Shown one piece after another: positions 49,492-58,821 of a stretch of DNA of 64,000 bases; position 1 is the stretch's first letter, and the number at the start of each line of letters is the position of its first letter. The stretch is taken from positions 320,001-384,000 of the forward strand of contig JAVJQW010000017.1 of the NCBI GenBank assembly GCA_040218735.1. The letters are read 5' to 3'. The notes under the pieces were generated by a model, which searched no databases, had not been told where the DNA came from, and saw only the letters and a program-made list of their open reading frames with translations. The DNA is from Deltaproteobacteria bacterium (GTDB lineage: Bacteria; Myxococcota; Kuafuiibacteriia; Kuafuiibacteriales; Kuafuiibacteriaceae). Position numbers and translations under genes: made by a program.

Positions 49492-51755
49492 GCTGCCCCG
49501 CCTGCGGAAGCCCGACGAAGGACACCGACTGGATCTGCGCGTTCTGCGACCACATCCTCGATCCTTCGGTGCTCGACGAGACGGCGACCGGCGACCTCGA
49601 CGACGCCGGGCGTGAGGAGCGCACGCACGTGATCGCGTGGGACGATCACAAGAACAGCCAACAGATGCCGGAGGCGGTGATGCTCGGCGACGTCAGCGTC
49701 GCGGAGCAGGAGTTCGGCGTGATGCACGGCGCCGGCTCGGACGACAAAGGCGGGACGTCGACGTTCCTGTATTACACGTCCGGCTCCACGACGCGGGTCA
49801 TCCACCCGGACGCGATCCCGCGCAAGGCGAAGGCGGACGCGACGATCCCGCGGACGCCGTACGAAGACTTCATCCTCTCCTGCATCGACGGTCAGCGATC
49901 GGTCCGCGCGATTCAGCGTGCGTCGGGGCTCGCGCCGCAGGAGGTCGTGGTCACGCTGCTCACCCTGCTCGACAAGGGCGCGGTGGAGATCGAGACGTCG
50001 GACGGGAGCGCCGGTTCCTCGGATCTGGATCCGCCGAAGCCTCGCCCCCGCTCCCGACGGGTGACGCCGCAGCCGAGCTCCCCCGGGCGTCCGCGGAGAC
50101 GTTCACGCGCGGCGCGAGGGAACAGCGACGCGACGGAGATGATGCCGAAGAGCGCGCCCGTCGCGCAGCCGCGCGCGCAGTCGCTGCCGGAGGACTTCGA
50201 GGACCTGCCGAGCGTCTCCGACTTCGAGGAGATCGTCGACGAGCTCGAAGCGCGCGAGACCACGCGCCGGGCGAGCTCGATGTCGGACGTCTGGGCTTCC
50301 ACCAACTCCGCGGTGAAGGTCGTGGAGCCCACGCCGCTCGAAGAGGACGCGGCGGAGGAGGTCACCAAGGCCGTCCAGATCCCGGAGAAACCGAAGAAGC
50401 GGAAGAAGTCGAAGAAGAAGGGGCGCGCGAAGAGCAGCAAGGCCGCGAAGAAGGCGCGCCGTACCTCGAAGCGCGGGACGAGCACGACGCCACCGCTCGC
50501 GTCGGGGCCGATCCCGAAGGTGCCGCCGCCGGTGCCGGAGGCGTCCAAGGTCAAACGACGCGCGCCGCCGCCCGTGCCGGATCCGTCGGAGATCATACGA
50601 CGCGCGCCGCCGCCCGTGCCGGATCCGTCGGAGGTCAAACGCCGCGCGCCGCCGCCCGTGCCGGATCCTTCCGAGGTCAAACGTCGCGGGCCGCCGCCCG
50701 TACCGGACCCTTCGGAGGTGAGTCCGCGGTTGTCGTCGTCGCGCGATGCGCTCGTGAACCCGCGGCAGACCACGGAGGAAGAGCTCGAAAACGCATTGCT
50801 CGCGCCGACGCCGCCGCCGTTGGTGATCCCGGCCGACGACCCGACGCCGCCGCCGCGTCCGCGCGTCGCGAGTGTGAAGCCGATCCCCTTGGACCCGTCG
50901 TTCCTCGTCGAGGTGCCGCCGTCCGGCACCGGCCCGCTCCCGCAGGGCCGCGCGATCGACGACGACGACGACGACGAGTCCCCGGTCATCGCGCCGCTGG
51001 GAGCGCCGGCGCGCAAGGCGTCGGACGCGGAGGACATCAAGGAGAAGCGCAAACGTGCGCTCGCCGCCGCGGTGAAGCGGGGGCCCATTCAAGAGCGCGT
51101 GCGCGGTCGCGACGGCAAGCCATCTCGCGCGAAGAAGGAAGAAGCCCCCGCGTCGGCGCCGGCGGCTGCTCCCGTCGCGGCGCCGGCCGACGAGCCCGCC
51201 GCGCCCCCGGCGGAGCGCCCGGAGATCGACAACGCGCGCATGGTCAAAGCGCAGAAGCTCTTCGATCAGGCGCTGGTCGACAAAGCCGACGGCAACCTGG
51301 TGTCGGCGCGCATGAACATGAAGCTCGCGCTGACCTTCGACCCGACGAACGAGCTGTACACGCAGGCGTTCGAGGACCTGTCGAAGAACCCGGACGCAGT
51401 GCCGGGCGGGACACCGGCCGGGCGCTCTCGCGCGCGCGAGCTCTACGACGAAGCGACCGAGGCCGAGAACCACGGCAACGTCGACCGGGCGATCGAGCTG
51501 CTCGAGAAGGCGCTCGCGGAGTCGAAGCAGGCGCCGTTCTACAACCGGCTCGGCGTCATCCTCGCCACGAAGAAGGGTGAGTACGTTCGTGCGCAAAAAC
51601 TGATCGAGCAGGCGTTGGAGCTCGCGCCGGGAAACACGCTCTACGAGAAGAACCTGTCGAAGGTGCTGTCTAAGGCGGCGACCGCCGGGATGAAGAGCGA
51701 GCGGGCGGGCGAGAAGAAGGGCGGCTTGCTCGGCTTCCTCGGGCGACGCAAGTGA
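49488..51755 (+). CDS. Zn-ribbon / winged-helix-like / Pro-rich / TPR protein
   Basis: CPACG...CAFC; ILSCIDGQRSVRAI...LLDKGAV; C-terminal TPRs. Confidence 0.75.
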   Translation: MSCPACGSPTKDTDWICAFCDHILDPSVLDETATGDLDDAGREERTHVIAWDDHKNSQQMPEAVMLGDVSVAEQEFGVMHGAGSDDKGGTSTFLYYTSGSTTRVIHPDAIPRKAKADATIPRTPYEDFILSCIDGQRSVRAIQRASGLAPQEVVVTLLTLLDKGAVEIETSDGSAGSSDLDPPKPRPRSRRVTPQPSSPGRPRRRSRAARGNSDATEMMPKSAPVAQPRAQSLPEDFEDLPSVSDFEEIVDELEARETTRRASSMSDVWASTNSAVKVVEPTPLEEDAAEEVTKAVQIPEKPKKRKKSKKKGRAKSSKAAKKARRTSKRGTSTTPPLASGPIPKVPPPVPEASKVKRRAPPPVPDPSEIIRRAPPPVPDPSEVKRRAPPPVPDPSEVKRRGPPPVPDPSEVSPRLSSSRDALVNPRQTTEEELENALLAPTPPPLVIPADDPTPPPRPRVASVKPIPLDPSFLVEVPPSGTGPLPQGRAIDDDDDDESPVIAPLGAPARKASDAEDIKEKRKRALAAAVKRGPIQERVRGRDGKPSRAKKEEAPASAPAAAPVAAPADEPAAPPAERPEIDNARMVKAQKLFDQALVDKADGNLVSARMNMKLALTFDPTNELYTQAFEDLSKNPDAVPGGTPAGRSRARELYDEATEAENHGNVDRAIELLEKALAESKQAPFYNRLGVILATKKGEYVRAQKLIEQALELAPGNTLYEKNLSKVLSKAATAGMKSERAGEKKGGLLGFLGRRK
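50519..50720 (+). repeat. 42-nt coding tandem repeat (RRAPPPVPDPSEVK, about 5 copies)
   Basis: CCGCCGCCCGTGCCGGATCC units at a 42-nt period. Confidence 0.9.
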
Positions 51756-53206
51756 TCGGTCTCGTGCTCGTTCTGGCGGCGGCGTCGCCGGACGTCGCGT
51801 CGCTGGAGCCCGCCGTCGAAGCGTTGATGCGCGAGCTGCCCAAGGGTTGGGTGCTCGAGCGCAAGGGGTTGCCAGCGGGGATGCGCGGCGCGGCGATCGG
51901 ACCGGACGGCGAGCGGGTGTCGGTCTCGATCCTCTCGGCAGCCGTGACGGCGGATCTGGTCGCCTCGTCCGAGGCGCGGGCGTGGCTGATCGACGCCCTC
52001 GGCGTGAAGGGGGGCGAGGTCGAGACGGGCGGGCCGCTGGGGGCGGTCGTCGTGTCGGGGCGCCTGGACGGCGGCCGGACGTTGTTGGCGTGGATCTTGG
52101 CGCCGCGGTACCTGGTGACCTGGATCGGCCCTCCGAGGCGGGCGGGGGCGGCCAAGAAGCGCGCGTACCGGCTCGCGGAGCGTCTTCGCGGGCGGGGATC
52201 CAAGAGGTCGGTCAGCGATGGTAGGCTGACGGGAGCCGTTTTGAGTGACCGCGACCGAAAGCGACGTAAGCGCCCCGCCGGAAACGAGCAGCTGCCGCAG
52301 GAGACGATGCCTGCGCAGGGCTCGCAGATGTTCTCCGGGAAAGCGGGCATGATGCGCCTGCCCGACACGATCGAGTCGGGACGTCGCGCCGCGCCGGAGG
52401 GCGCGCGCACGCCGAAGAGCGCGCGACAGTCGTGGTCGCCGCCGGCCGGTTCTTCGCCGGCGCCGACGTCGACGCCTCAGAACCGCGCGCTGGTGAAGGG
52501 CCAGACGATCTCGCTGACGGACACCGCGATCAGCGCGATGCCGTCGGACTCGAAGGACCTCGTGTTGCTGCACGAGCGCGACGGGACGTTTGCTTCGGAG
52601 CTTCGGATCCTCGCGACGCGGATGGAGGACCTGAAGAACCGGCTCGGCTACAAGTCGTTCCTCGTGACGTCGGTGGGTGACGGGGACGGCAAAACCGTCG
52701 CGGCCTCGAACCTGGCGCTCGCGATGAGCGAGGACTCGGACCGAAAGATCGCGCTGGTCGACGCCAACTTCCGGAACCCGCGCGCCGCGGATCTGTTCAA
52801 CCTCGACAAGCGGCGTGGCCTGCTCGGCGCGCTGAAAGGTGAGTACCCGCTCTCGCAGTGTGTGGCGCGGGTGCTCGGTCGTAACCTGATCGTGCTGCAC
52901 GCGGGCGGCAACCACGACAACCCGGCGTCGATCCTGTCATCGCCGAAGTTCAAGTCGCTCCTCGCGGAGCTGTATCAGGCGGTGGACTTCATGATCGTGG
53001 ACGCGCCGTCGGCGATTCCGTACGCGGACGTCCCGTTGCTCACGCAGCACGTGGACGCCGTGTTGATGGTGGGTGCGGCGCACCGCACGCGTCGGGCGAA
53101 GCTCGACGAAGCGCTCGAGACGGTCGGTCGCGCGCGTGTGGTGGGGAGCATCTTCATGGAGCGCTCCAAGAAGGACGCGAAGAAGGCGAGTGCTGGGGCT
53201 TCTTGA
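51752..53206 (+). CDS. CpsD/CapB-type tyrosine kinase ATPase domain, in frame with an unrelated N-terminal region
   Basis: SELRIL, LVTSVGDGDGKT (Walker A), LVDANFRNP, MIVDAP; alternative start TTG 52241. Confidence 0.8.
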   Translation: MIGLVLVLAAASPDVASLEPAVEALMRELPKGWVLERKGLPAGMRGAAIGPDGERVSVSILSAAVTADLVASSEARAWLIDALGVKGGEVETGGPLGAVVVSGRLDGGRTLLAWILAPRYLVTWIGPPRRAGAAKKRAYRLAERLRGRGSKRSVSDGRLTGAVLSDRDRKRRKRPAGNEQLPQETMPAQGSQMFSGKAGMMRLPDTIESGRRAAPEGARTPKSARQSWSPPAGSSPAPTSTPQNRALVKGQTISLTDTAISAMPSDSKDLVLLHERDGTFASELRILATRMEDLKNRLGYKSFLVTSVGDGDGKTVAASNLALAMSEDSDRKIALVDANFRNPRAADLFNLDKRRGLLGALKGEYPLSQCVARVLGRNLIVLHAGGNHDNPASILSSPKFKSLLAELYQAVDFMIVDAPSAIPYADVPLLTQHVDAVLMVGAAHRTRRAKLDEALETVGRARVVGSIFMERSKKDAKKASAGAS

Positions 53207-54077
53207 ACGAACGCGCGCGCTCGCACGCGGGGACGGCAAACTCTCGACCGTCGTCAACGCGATGACCGTCGACGTCGAAGAGTATTTCACGGTCCAGAAC
53301 CTCGACGAGCTCGTGCCGCGCGACCGCTGGTCGGCGCAGCCGCTGCGGAGTGATCTGCAGACGGGGCGTCTGTTGGATCTGTTCGACGAACACGGCGTGA
53401 AGGCGACGTTCTTCTGCCTCGGGTGGGTCGTGGAGCGGCAGCCGGCGTTGGTGCGTGAGATCCACGAGCGCGGCCACGAAGTCGCGTCGCACTCACACTG
53501 GCACCGGTTGGTGTTCGACCTGAAGCCGGAGGAGTTCCGCGAGGACACGAAGCGGAACAAGGCGTTCCTCGAAGACACGATCGGCGCCGAGGTGATCGGC
53601 TATCGTGCGCCGACGTACTCGGTGACGCGCGAGTCGCTGTGGGCGCACGAGATCTTGGTGGAGCTGGGGTTCCGGTACTCGTCGTCGATCTTCCCGATCG
53701 TGCACGACCGCTACGGCATCCCGGACTACCCGCGGTTCCCGATCGAGCTGGACGTCGGCGGCGCGAAGCTCTGGGAGTTCCCGCTGACGACGCTCCGGGT
53801 GTTGGGCCGGAACCTCCCGGTCGCGGGCGGCGGTTATCTGCGTTTGTTGCCGGCACGCAGCGTCGCCGCGGCGCTCGCGCGCGTGAACAATGCGGAGGGG
53901 CACCCGGCGATCCTGTATCTGCACCCGTGGGAGATCGACCCGGAGATCCCGAAGTTCCGGCAGGGGTTGTTGAAGGACACGCGCGGCTACATCGGCCTCG
54001 ACGGGATGCTCGACAAACTCGACTTGCTCATGTCGGTGCTGGAGTTCACGACGACGCGCCGGGTGCTCGGCCTGTGA
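53190..54077 (+). CDS. Polysaccharide deacetylase, DUF3473 (exosortase/PEP-CTERM-locus type)
   Basis: NAMTVDVEEYF, ATFFCLGW, GHEVASHS, GYRAP, AGGGYLR, YLHPWEIDP. Confidence 0.9.
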   Translation: MLGLLERTRALARGDGKLSTVVNAMTVDVEEYFTVQNLDELVPRDRWSAQPLRSDLQTGRLLDLFDEHGVKATFFCLGWVVERQPALVREIHERGHEVASHSHWHRLVFDLKPEEFREDTKRNKAFLEDTIGAEVIGYRAPTYSVTRESLWAHEILVELGFRYSSSIFPIVHDRYGIPDYPRFPIELDVGGAKLWEFPLTTLRVLGRNLPVAGGGYLRLLPARSVAAALARVNNAEGHPAILYLHPWEIDPEIPKFRQGLLKDTRGYIGLDGMLDKLDLLMSVLEFTTTRRVLGL

Positions 54078-54454
54078 AGAAGTCGCTCGACGCGCTCCTC
54101 GCCGCGGTCGAATTCCTCCCGAACCGCACCCCCGAGATGGCGTTCGAAGGCGGCGCCGAGGACGCCTTCGCCGAGGTCTCGGCGTATCGGGACGGCGCGA
54201 TCTACGTCGGGCATTACTCCGGCTCGAGCGAGTGGGAGCGGCACAACAACGGCGACGAGATCGTCATGGCGCTCGAGGGGCGAACGACGGTGGTGTTGTG
54301 GATCGACGGCGCCGAACAGCGCGTCGCGCTCGGCGCACGAGAGCTGGTCGTCGTGCCCGCGGGCGTGTGGCACCGGTTCGAGGGCTCGGAGGATCTGAAG
54401 GTCCTGACGGTGACGCCCCAGCCGACGGATCACCGGCTGGAGCGCCCGACTTAG
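54074..54454 (+). CDS. Cupin-domain protein
   Basis: WERHNNGDE...VVVPAGVWHRF; GTGA overlap. Confidence 0.85.
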   Translation: MKKSLDALLAAVEFLPNRTPEMAFEGGAEDAFAEVSAYRDGAIYVGHYSGSSEWERHNNGDEIVMALEGRTTVVLWIDGAEQRVALGARELVVVPAGVWHRFEGSEDLKVLTVTPQPTDHRLERPT

Positions 54455-54577
54455 CGCAGCTCGATCTCCACTTCGACCTCGTCCCCGTCGCCCTTCTCCC
54501 CGCGGATCTTCTTCGGCACCGCCAAGAGCGTCCGCCCCGACTTGTCGCGCCAGACGCTCGTCTCCCAGCGGCGGCCG
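54451..54577 (-). pseudogene. 3' remnant of a DUF1905-like gene
   Basis: Minus strand reads GRRWETSVWRDKSGRTLLAVPKKIRGEKGDGDEVEVEIELR* with no plausible start; abuts the stop codon of the next gene. Confidence 0.65.
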
Positions 54578-56644
54578 TTAGATACCGCCGCAGGTGCCTC
54601 CGATACAGAGCTCGCCGTCGCAGCACTGCTCGTTGTTGGAGCAGGGGTCGCCGAGCTCGCCGCAGGCGCCCTCCGGTTGGCAGACCGAGTCGCCCATCGG
54701 GCCGGGCGCGCAGTCGCCGCTGCAGCACTCGGCGTCGACGCCGCAGGCTTCGTCTTCCATGCGGCACGCCTGCGGCGCCCAGTACGCGGAGATGTTCAGC
54801 GAGCCGGTGTTCTGCCCCGGGAGCCAGTACGGGACCTGGCTCGGGTCACTGCCCGACGTGGCGTTCAGGTCGATTGCCGTGACCCAGATCTGCTGCCGCC
54901 GCGTCCCGCGCGTGCCGGCGACGTTGTTGCCGTAGTCGCGCCGCGACAGGAACGTCATCCACAGGTAGCCGTCCTGCACGAACGGCGAGAAGTTCGGCTG
55001 GAAGTTGTCGGTGCCCGCGCCGCACGCGTTGTCGAGGCGGACGAGGCCCGAGCCGTCCGGACGGATCATGTAGAGCGCGCTCTGCCCCGACTCACTGCGC
55101 GACGAGTTGCCGTGCGCAAACGCGAGCCACTGCGAGTCCGGCGACCACGTCGGGTACGACGCCGCGAGGCCGGCGGGCGGTCCGGCCGGCACCGTCCCAG
55201 TCATCACGAGCATCGGCTCGCCGAAGCTGTCCATCCCCGTCACCGGCACCACGAACAGGTCGCTCACCGTGTTCGCGCCGCCCCAGTTGTTGGCGTTGCC
55301 GGTGTACGCGATCATCGAGCCGTCCGGCGACCACGACGGGTGGGTCACCGGCCCCGTCGGCAGCGATCCACCGAGCGGCGGGATGAGCTGGCCGGTGAAC
55401 GGATCGAGCAGCTCGAGCGCGCGCGGACCGCCCTGCTCCCACGTCGAAACGATGACGCGTGTGTCGGTCGGATCCCACGACGAGAACCACCAGTGCGTCG
55501 TCGTGCTCGTCACCGGGAACAACGTCGGCGGCGGAGCCGTAGTCAGATCCTCCGTCAGGTCGAACACCGCGCCGACGTTTTCACCGCCGCCGAGGCGACC
55601 GGCCATGTAGCGACCGTTGTTGGAGACGCTGTGGCAACCCACACAGCCCTGCTGCGGGCTCGGCATGAACTCGTCGCGCATCCCCGTGTCGTCGTCGATG
55701 CGGACGATGCGCCCTCGCGCGATGTCCCAGTAGTACACCGAGCCCTGGAGCGCAGCGCGCGCGAAGCGGACCTGCACCGGCGTGCCCGCGATGATCTCAC
55801 CGGTCGTCGCGTCGTAGCGCTCGACGACGATCGTCGCCCACTCGTCCGGCTCGCTCTGCGCGATGCGGCGCCACGCAGCGAGATCGACCGTCCAGTTGTT
55901 CTGCCCCACCGCGTAGAACGCGAGCACACTCACGTTCGGCTTCGACAGCGTGATCCGGAACGCGTCCTGCGCACCACCGCGGAGCCACTGCACGTTGGCC
56001 GGGCTCACGTTCTGCGGCATCACCGCGCCGTCGAGCGGGTACACGATCTGCGCCTCGCGGTTCGGGTCGTTCACCCGCGGCGCGTTCTCGAAGAGCGGCG
56101 GCACCGTCGTCGACGTGCCCGGCACGAGGATCGTCGTCTCCAGCAAGATGCGGAGGTCCGCCTCCCCTTCGATGCCGTCGACGTTCGCGACGACGCGCCC
56201 TTCCCCACCGACGCGCCCGTTCGCCGTGAAAACGAGCGTCGAGGGATCGATCGTCCCGAGCACCGCCGGGTCGACCGTCATCTGCGGCATCGCCACCGCG
56301 AGCGTGCTTCCGTCCGCGCGCATGGCCGATACGGAGAACGCCTGCGTGGGTTGGTCGCCGTCGCGCGACAACAACGTCGCGGTCGTCGGCGTCACCGTGA
56401 CTTCGACGATCGGGAAACCGCCGTCGCGCTCGGGGCCCCCGTCGCGACCGGGACCGCCGTCGCGCGGCGGATCTCCCGCGTCGCGCGCGGTGTCGTCGCC
56501 GGCGTCGCGAACCCCGGTGTCCTTCGTCGTGCTCGAGCCGGCGTCGCGGGAGGTGCCGTCGTCGTCGCCCGTTCCGTCATCGTCGCCTCCGCTACAGGCG
56601 AAGCAGAGGGCGGCGAGCGTCGACACGAGGAAGCGCGTATTCAC
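54578..56644 (-). CDS. TolB-like (PD40 beta-propeller) lipoprotein with Cys-rich tail
   Basis: Lipobox CFAC; HPSWSPDG, YPTWSPDS, QPNFSP repeats; CVGCH; C-terminal CCSGDC. Confidence 0.85.
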   Translation of the reverse strand: MNTRFLVSTLAALCFACSGGDDDGTGDDDGTSRDAGSSTTKDTGVRDAGDDTARDAGDPPRDGGPGRDGGPERDGGFPIVEVTVTPTTATLLSRDGDQPTQAFSVSAMRADGSTLAVAMPQMTVDPAVLGTIDPSTLVFTANGRVGGEGRVVANVDGIEGEADLRILLETTILVPGTSTTVPPLFENAPRVNDPNREAQIVYPLDGAVMPQNVSPANVQWLRGGAQDAFRITLSKPNVSVLAFYAVGQNNWTVDLAAWRRIAQSEPDEWATIVVERYDATTGEIIAGTPVQVRFARAALQGSVYYWDIARGRIVRIDDDTGMRDEFMPSPQQGCVGCHSVSNNGRYMAGRLGGGENVGAVFDLTEDLTTAPPPTLFPVTSTTTHWWFSSWDPTDTRVIVSTWEQGGPRALELLDPFTGQLIPPLGGSLPTGPVTHPSWSPDGSMIAYTGNANNWGGANTVSDLFVVPVTGMDSFGEPMLVMTGTVPAGPPAGLAASYPTWSPDSQWLAFAHGNSSRSESGQSALYMIRPDGSGLVRLDNACGAGTDNFQPNFSPFVQDGYLWMTFLSRRDYGNNVAGTRGTRRQQIWVTAIDLNATSGSDPSQVPYWLPGQNTGSLNISAYWAPQACRMEDEACGVDAECCSGDCAPGPMGDSVCQPEGACGELGDPCSNNEQCCDGELCIGGTCGGI

Positions 56645-56713
56645 GGGTTCAACGCTAGCGGAATCCCGACGTCGTTAGAACGGGCGCACATGTGCGATGC
56701 GTCTACCGGCCGA

Positions 56714-58807
56714 TCACGGCGCCGCGCACGCCCCCGTCGCACCCTGTTTCGCGGACTCGGAGAGCGCCCCCGGGAAGCCTTGGGACAGGTCGGTGAGCGT
56801 GCGGGTCCCGGGGAGCTCCTCCGCCGGGAAGTAGACATCGGGCGGGATGGAAGCGTTGCGCGGATCGACGACACCGCTGCCGTGGTTGAGGCTCCGAACG
56901 GCCGCCCAGGGAAGCGCAGTCTCCCACGCCGCGAACGCGTGGACCTCGTACCCTCCGTAGACGAACGGCGCGGCGCTCGTCGACAGGCGCCGGGGGAACG
57001 GGACCTCGCGGTCGTCGGCCACGCCGACGTCCTCGAGCCCGCGCGAGGACACCTTCGGCCACCGGTAGATCGTGACGCGATCGGCGTTGCTCGGCTGAGT
57101 GCCGTCGTACACGAAGACCCACTGGGCGTCGTTCAGCGGGACGTTCGCCGCCGACGCGGTCCGCCACGCGCCGTCGTCGAAGATCGACACGACGACGCGC
57201 GCCCCCTTCAACTCGGCACGTATCACCCCGGCCTGCTCGAACAGCAGCACGTGGTCGAAGCGCGGGATCGCGGTGTGCAGCATCACCGTCGCCTTCTCGA
57301 GGCCCGACAGCGCCGGCCCCGACGGGTTGTTCCAGCCGCCCCCGATCGTCACCGTGCCTTCGCGGGTCGTGTAGCAGTTTGCGTACGGCAGCAGCCCGCC
57401 GTCGCGCAGCGCAGCGAGCTCCTCCACGGAAGCATCCCGCGGCGACGCGCCCTCCAAGCGGCGCGACACCGGCCAGCACCACTGGTCGCCGAGCGGGAGC
57501 CCCGCGTCATCGACGTTGCCCATCGCCCAGGGAGCATCCACTGAAGGGAATCGCTTGAATGGACTCCGCCAGTTGCACCCCGGATACGTCCGCCCCGTCC
57601 CGTACGGCCCCGCGTCGCCCTTGTCCGCGACTCCGACCCACGCGCGGTCGGAGGGGGTGCGGTCGAGCTTCAGCCGAAGCCGACACTCCACCCCCGCGTC
57701 ACACGGCTCGGCCGTCACCGCTTCGATCCGCGGCGTCTCGAAGTCTCCGTAGACGCGAAAGCCGCCTTGCGGCTGAGGCTCCGTCGCCACCACGTCACGA
57801 ACGATCGGCGGATCGAAGCGACACCCGTCCGGGCTCCCTCGCTCGTCGCTCCCGTACGCGCGGCACGGAACGAAGAACGTGCAGTCGACGTCCTGCTCCG
57901 TCACGAGCCGACACGACTGCATCAACAGCGGCGTCCACGACCCGCTCCCGAACACCACCTCGTAACCGGCGCGCGCCATCCCGCCCGCCATGATGATCTG
58001 CCCCGTCCCCGAGTTGTGGAGGTTGTCGACCGGGTTCACCGGGACGTGCGCGCCCTGGTTGGCGCCGAGGTACACGTGCGGCAACCGCTCGGCGCATGCG
58101 ACCATCGCGTTCGTGAACGGCGTCTCGTCGATCGTGCCCGCGCGAACCCAGCGCTGCTCACCCATGATGATCATCGCGAGCGCATCGCCGCCGTCGTCGT
58201 AGCCGGGGATGCGCCGCCAGTGGGTCTCGAGGTCCGAGCGCAGCCGCTCGAGCCCGTCGCACCAGACCTCCGGGTCCCCGAGCTTGAGGATGTCCGCGTA
58301 GCCCTGCAGGTAGAAGACGACCGGGATGCGCTCGACCCCCGCGAGGCGCACCGCGGTCGCCGCGTTGTCGAGCATGCCCTGGCAGACCGGCGAAGGTTTG
58401 AACGCCCCTTCGTCGTCGCGGCAGTCGATCTGATCCAACCGCGCGCCCCCCTCCGCCGCCCACACACTCACCGCCGGCGGACGCTCGGAATCAGGATCCG
58501 CATCGAGGTGAAGGCTCCACAGGTTGTGAATCAGCGGCGGCCCGATGCGCTCTTCGATCTGCCCGCTGTGTCGGTTGTCGAGCGGGAAGAGATCCCCGCG
58601 CAAGGCCTCTTGCAGCCCGTAGCTCGCCTCGTCGGTGATGCGCGGGAAGTGGTTCGCCTGGTCGTTCGCCCAGCTCTGCCCCATCACGCCGATCCCCAGC
58701 GTGCCAGGGCGCTTCTCCTCGCGCGCGCCCTGCCCGTCACCACGTTTGCAGAGACGCGCGCACGACATCAGCGCGAGGAGCGCGACGAACCCGACCCAGC
58801 GGCGCAC
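56714..58807 (-). CDS. Lipoprotein with SGNH/SASA-like esterase domain and LamG-like C-terminus
   Basis: Lipobox LMSC; MGQSW, LQGYAD and DNLH blocks; WVFVYDG...VTIY beta-sandwich motif. Confidence 0.6.
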   Translation of the reverse strand: MRRWVGFVALLALMSCARLCKRGDGQGAREEKRPGTLGIGVMGQSWANDQANHFPRITDEASYGLQEALRGDLFPLDNRHSGQIEERIGPPLIHNLWSLHLDADPDSERPPAVSVWAAEGGARLDQIDCRDDEGAFKPSPVCQGMLDNAATAVRLAGVERIPVVFYLQGYADILKLGDPEVWCDGLERLRSDLETHWRRIPGYDDGGDALAMIIMGEQRWVRAGTIDETPFTNAMVACAERLPHVYLGANQGAHVPVNPVDNLHNSGTGQIIMAGGMARAGYEVVFGSGSWTPLLMQSCRLVTEQDVDCTFFVPCRAYGSDERGSPDGCRFDPPIVRDVVATEPQPQGGFRVYGDFETPRIEAVTAEPCDAGVECRLRLKLDRTPSDRAWVGVADKGDAGPYGTGRTYPGCNWRSPFKRFPSVDAPWAMGNVDDAGLPLGDQWCWPVSRRLEGASPRDASVEELAALRDGGLLPYANCYTTREGTVTIGGGWNNPSGPALSGLEKATVMLHTAIPRFDHVLLFEQAGVIRAELKGARVVVSIFDDGAWRTASAANVPLNDAQWVFVYDGTQPSNADRVTIYRWPKVSSRGLEDVGVADDREVPFPRRLSTSAAPFVYGGYEVHAFAAWETALPWAAVRSLNHGSGVVDPRNASIPPDVYFPAEELPGTRTLTDLSQGFPGALSESAKQGATGACAAP

Positions 58808-58821
58808 GGCCGCATCGTACG

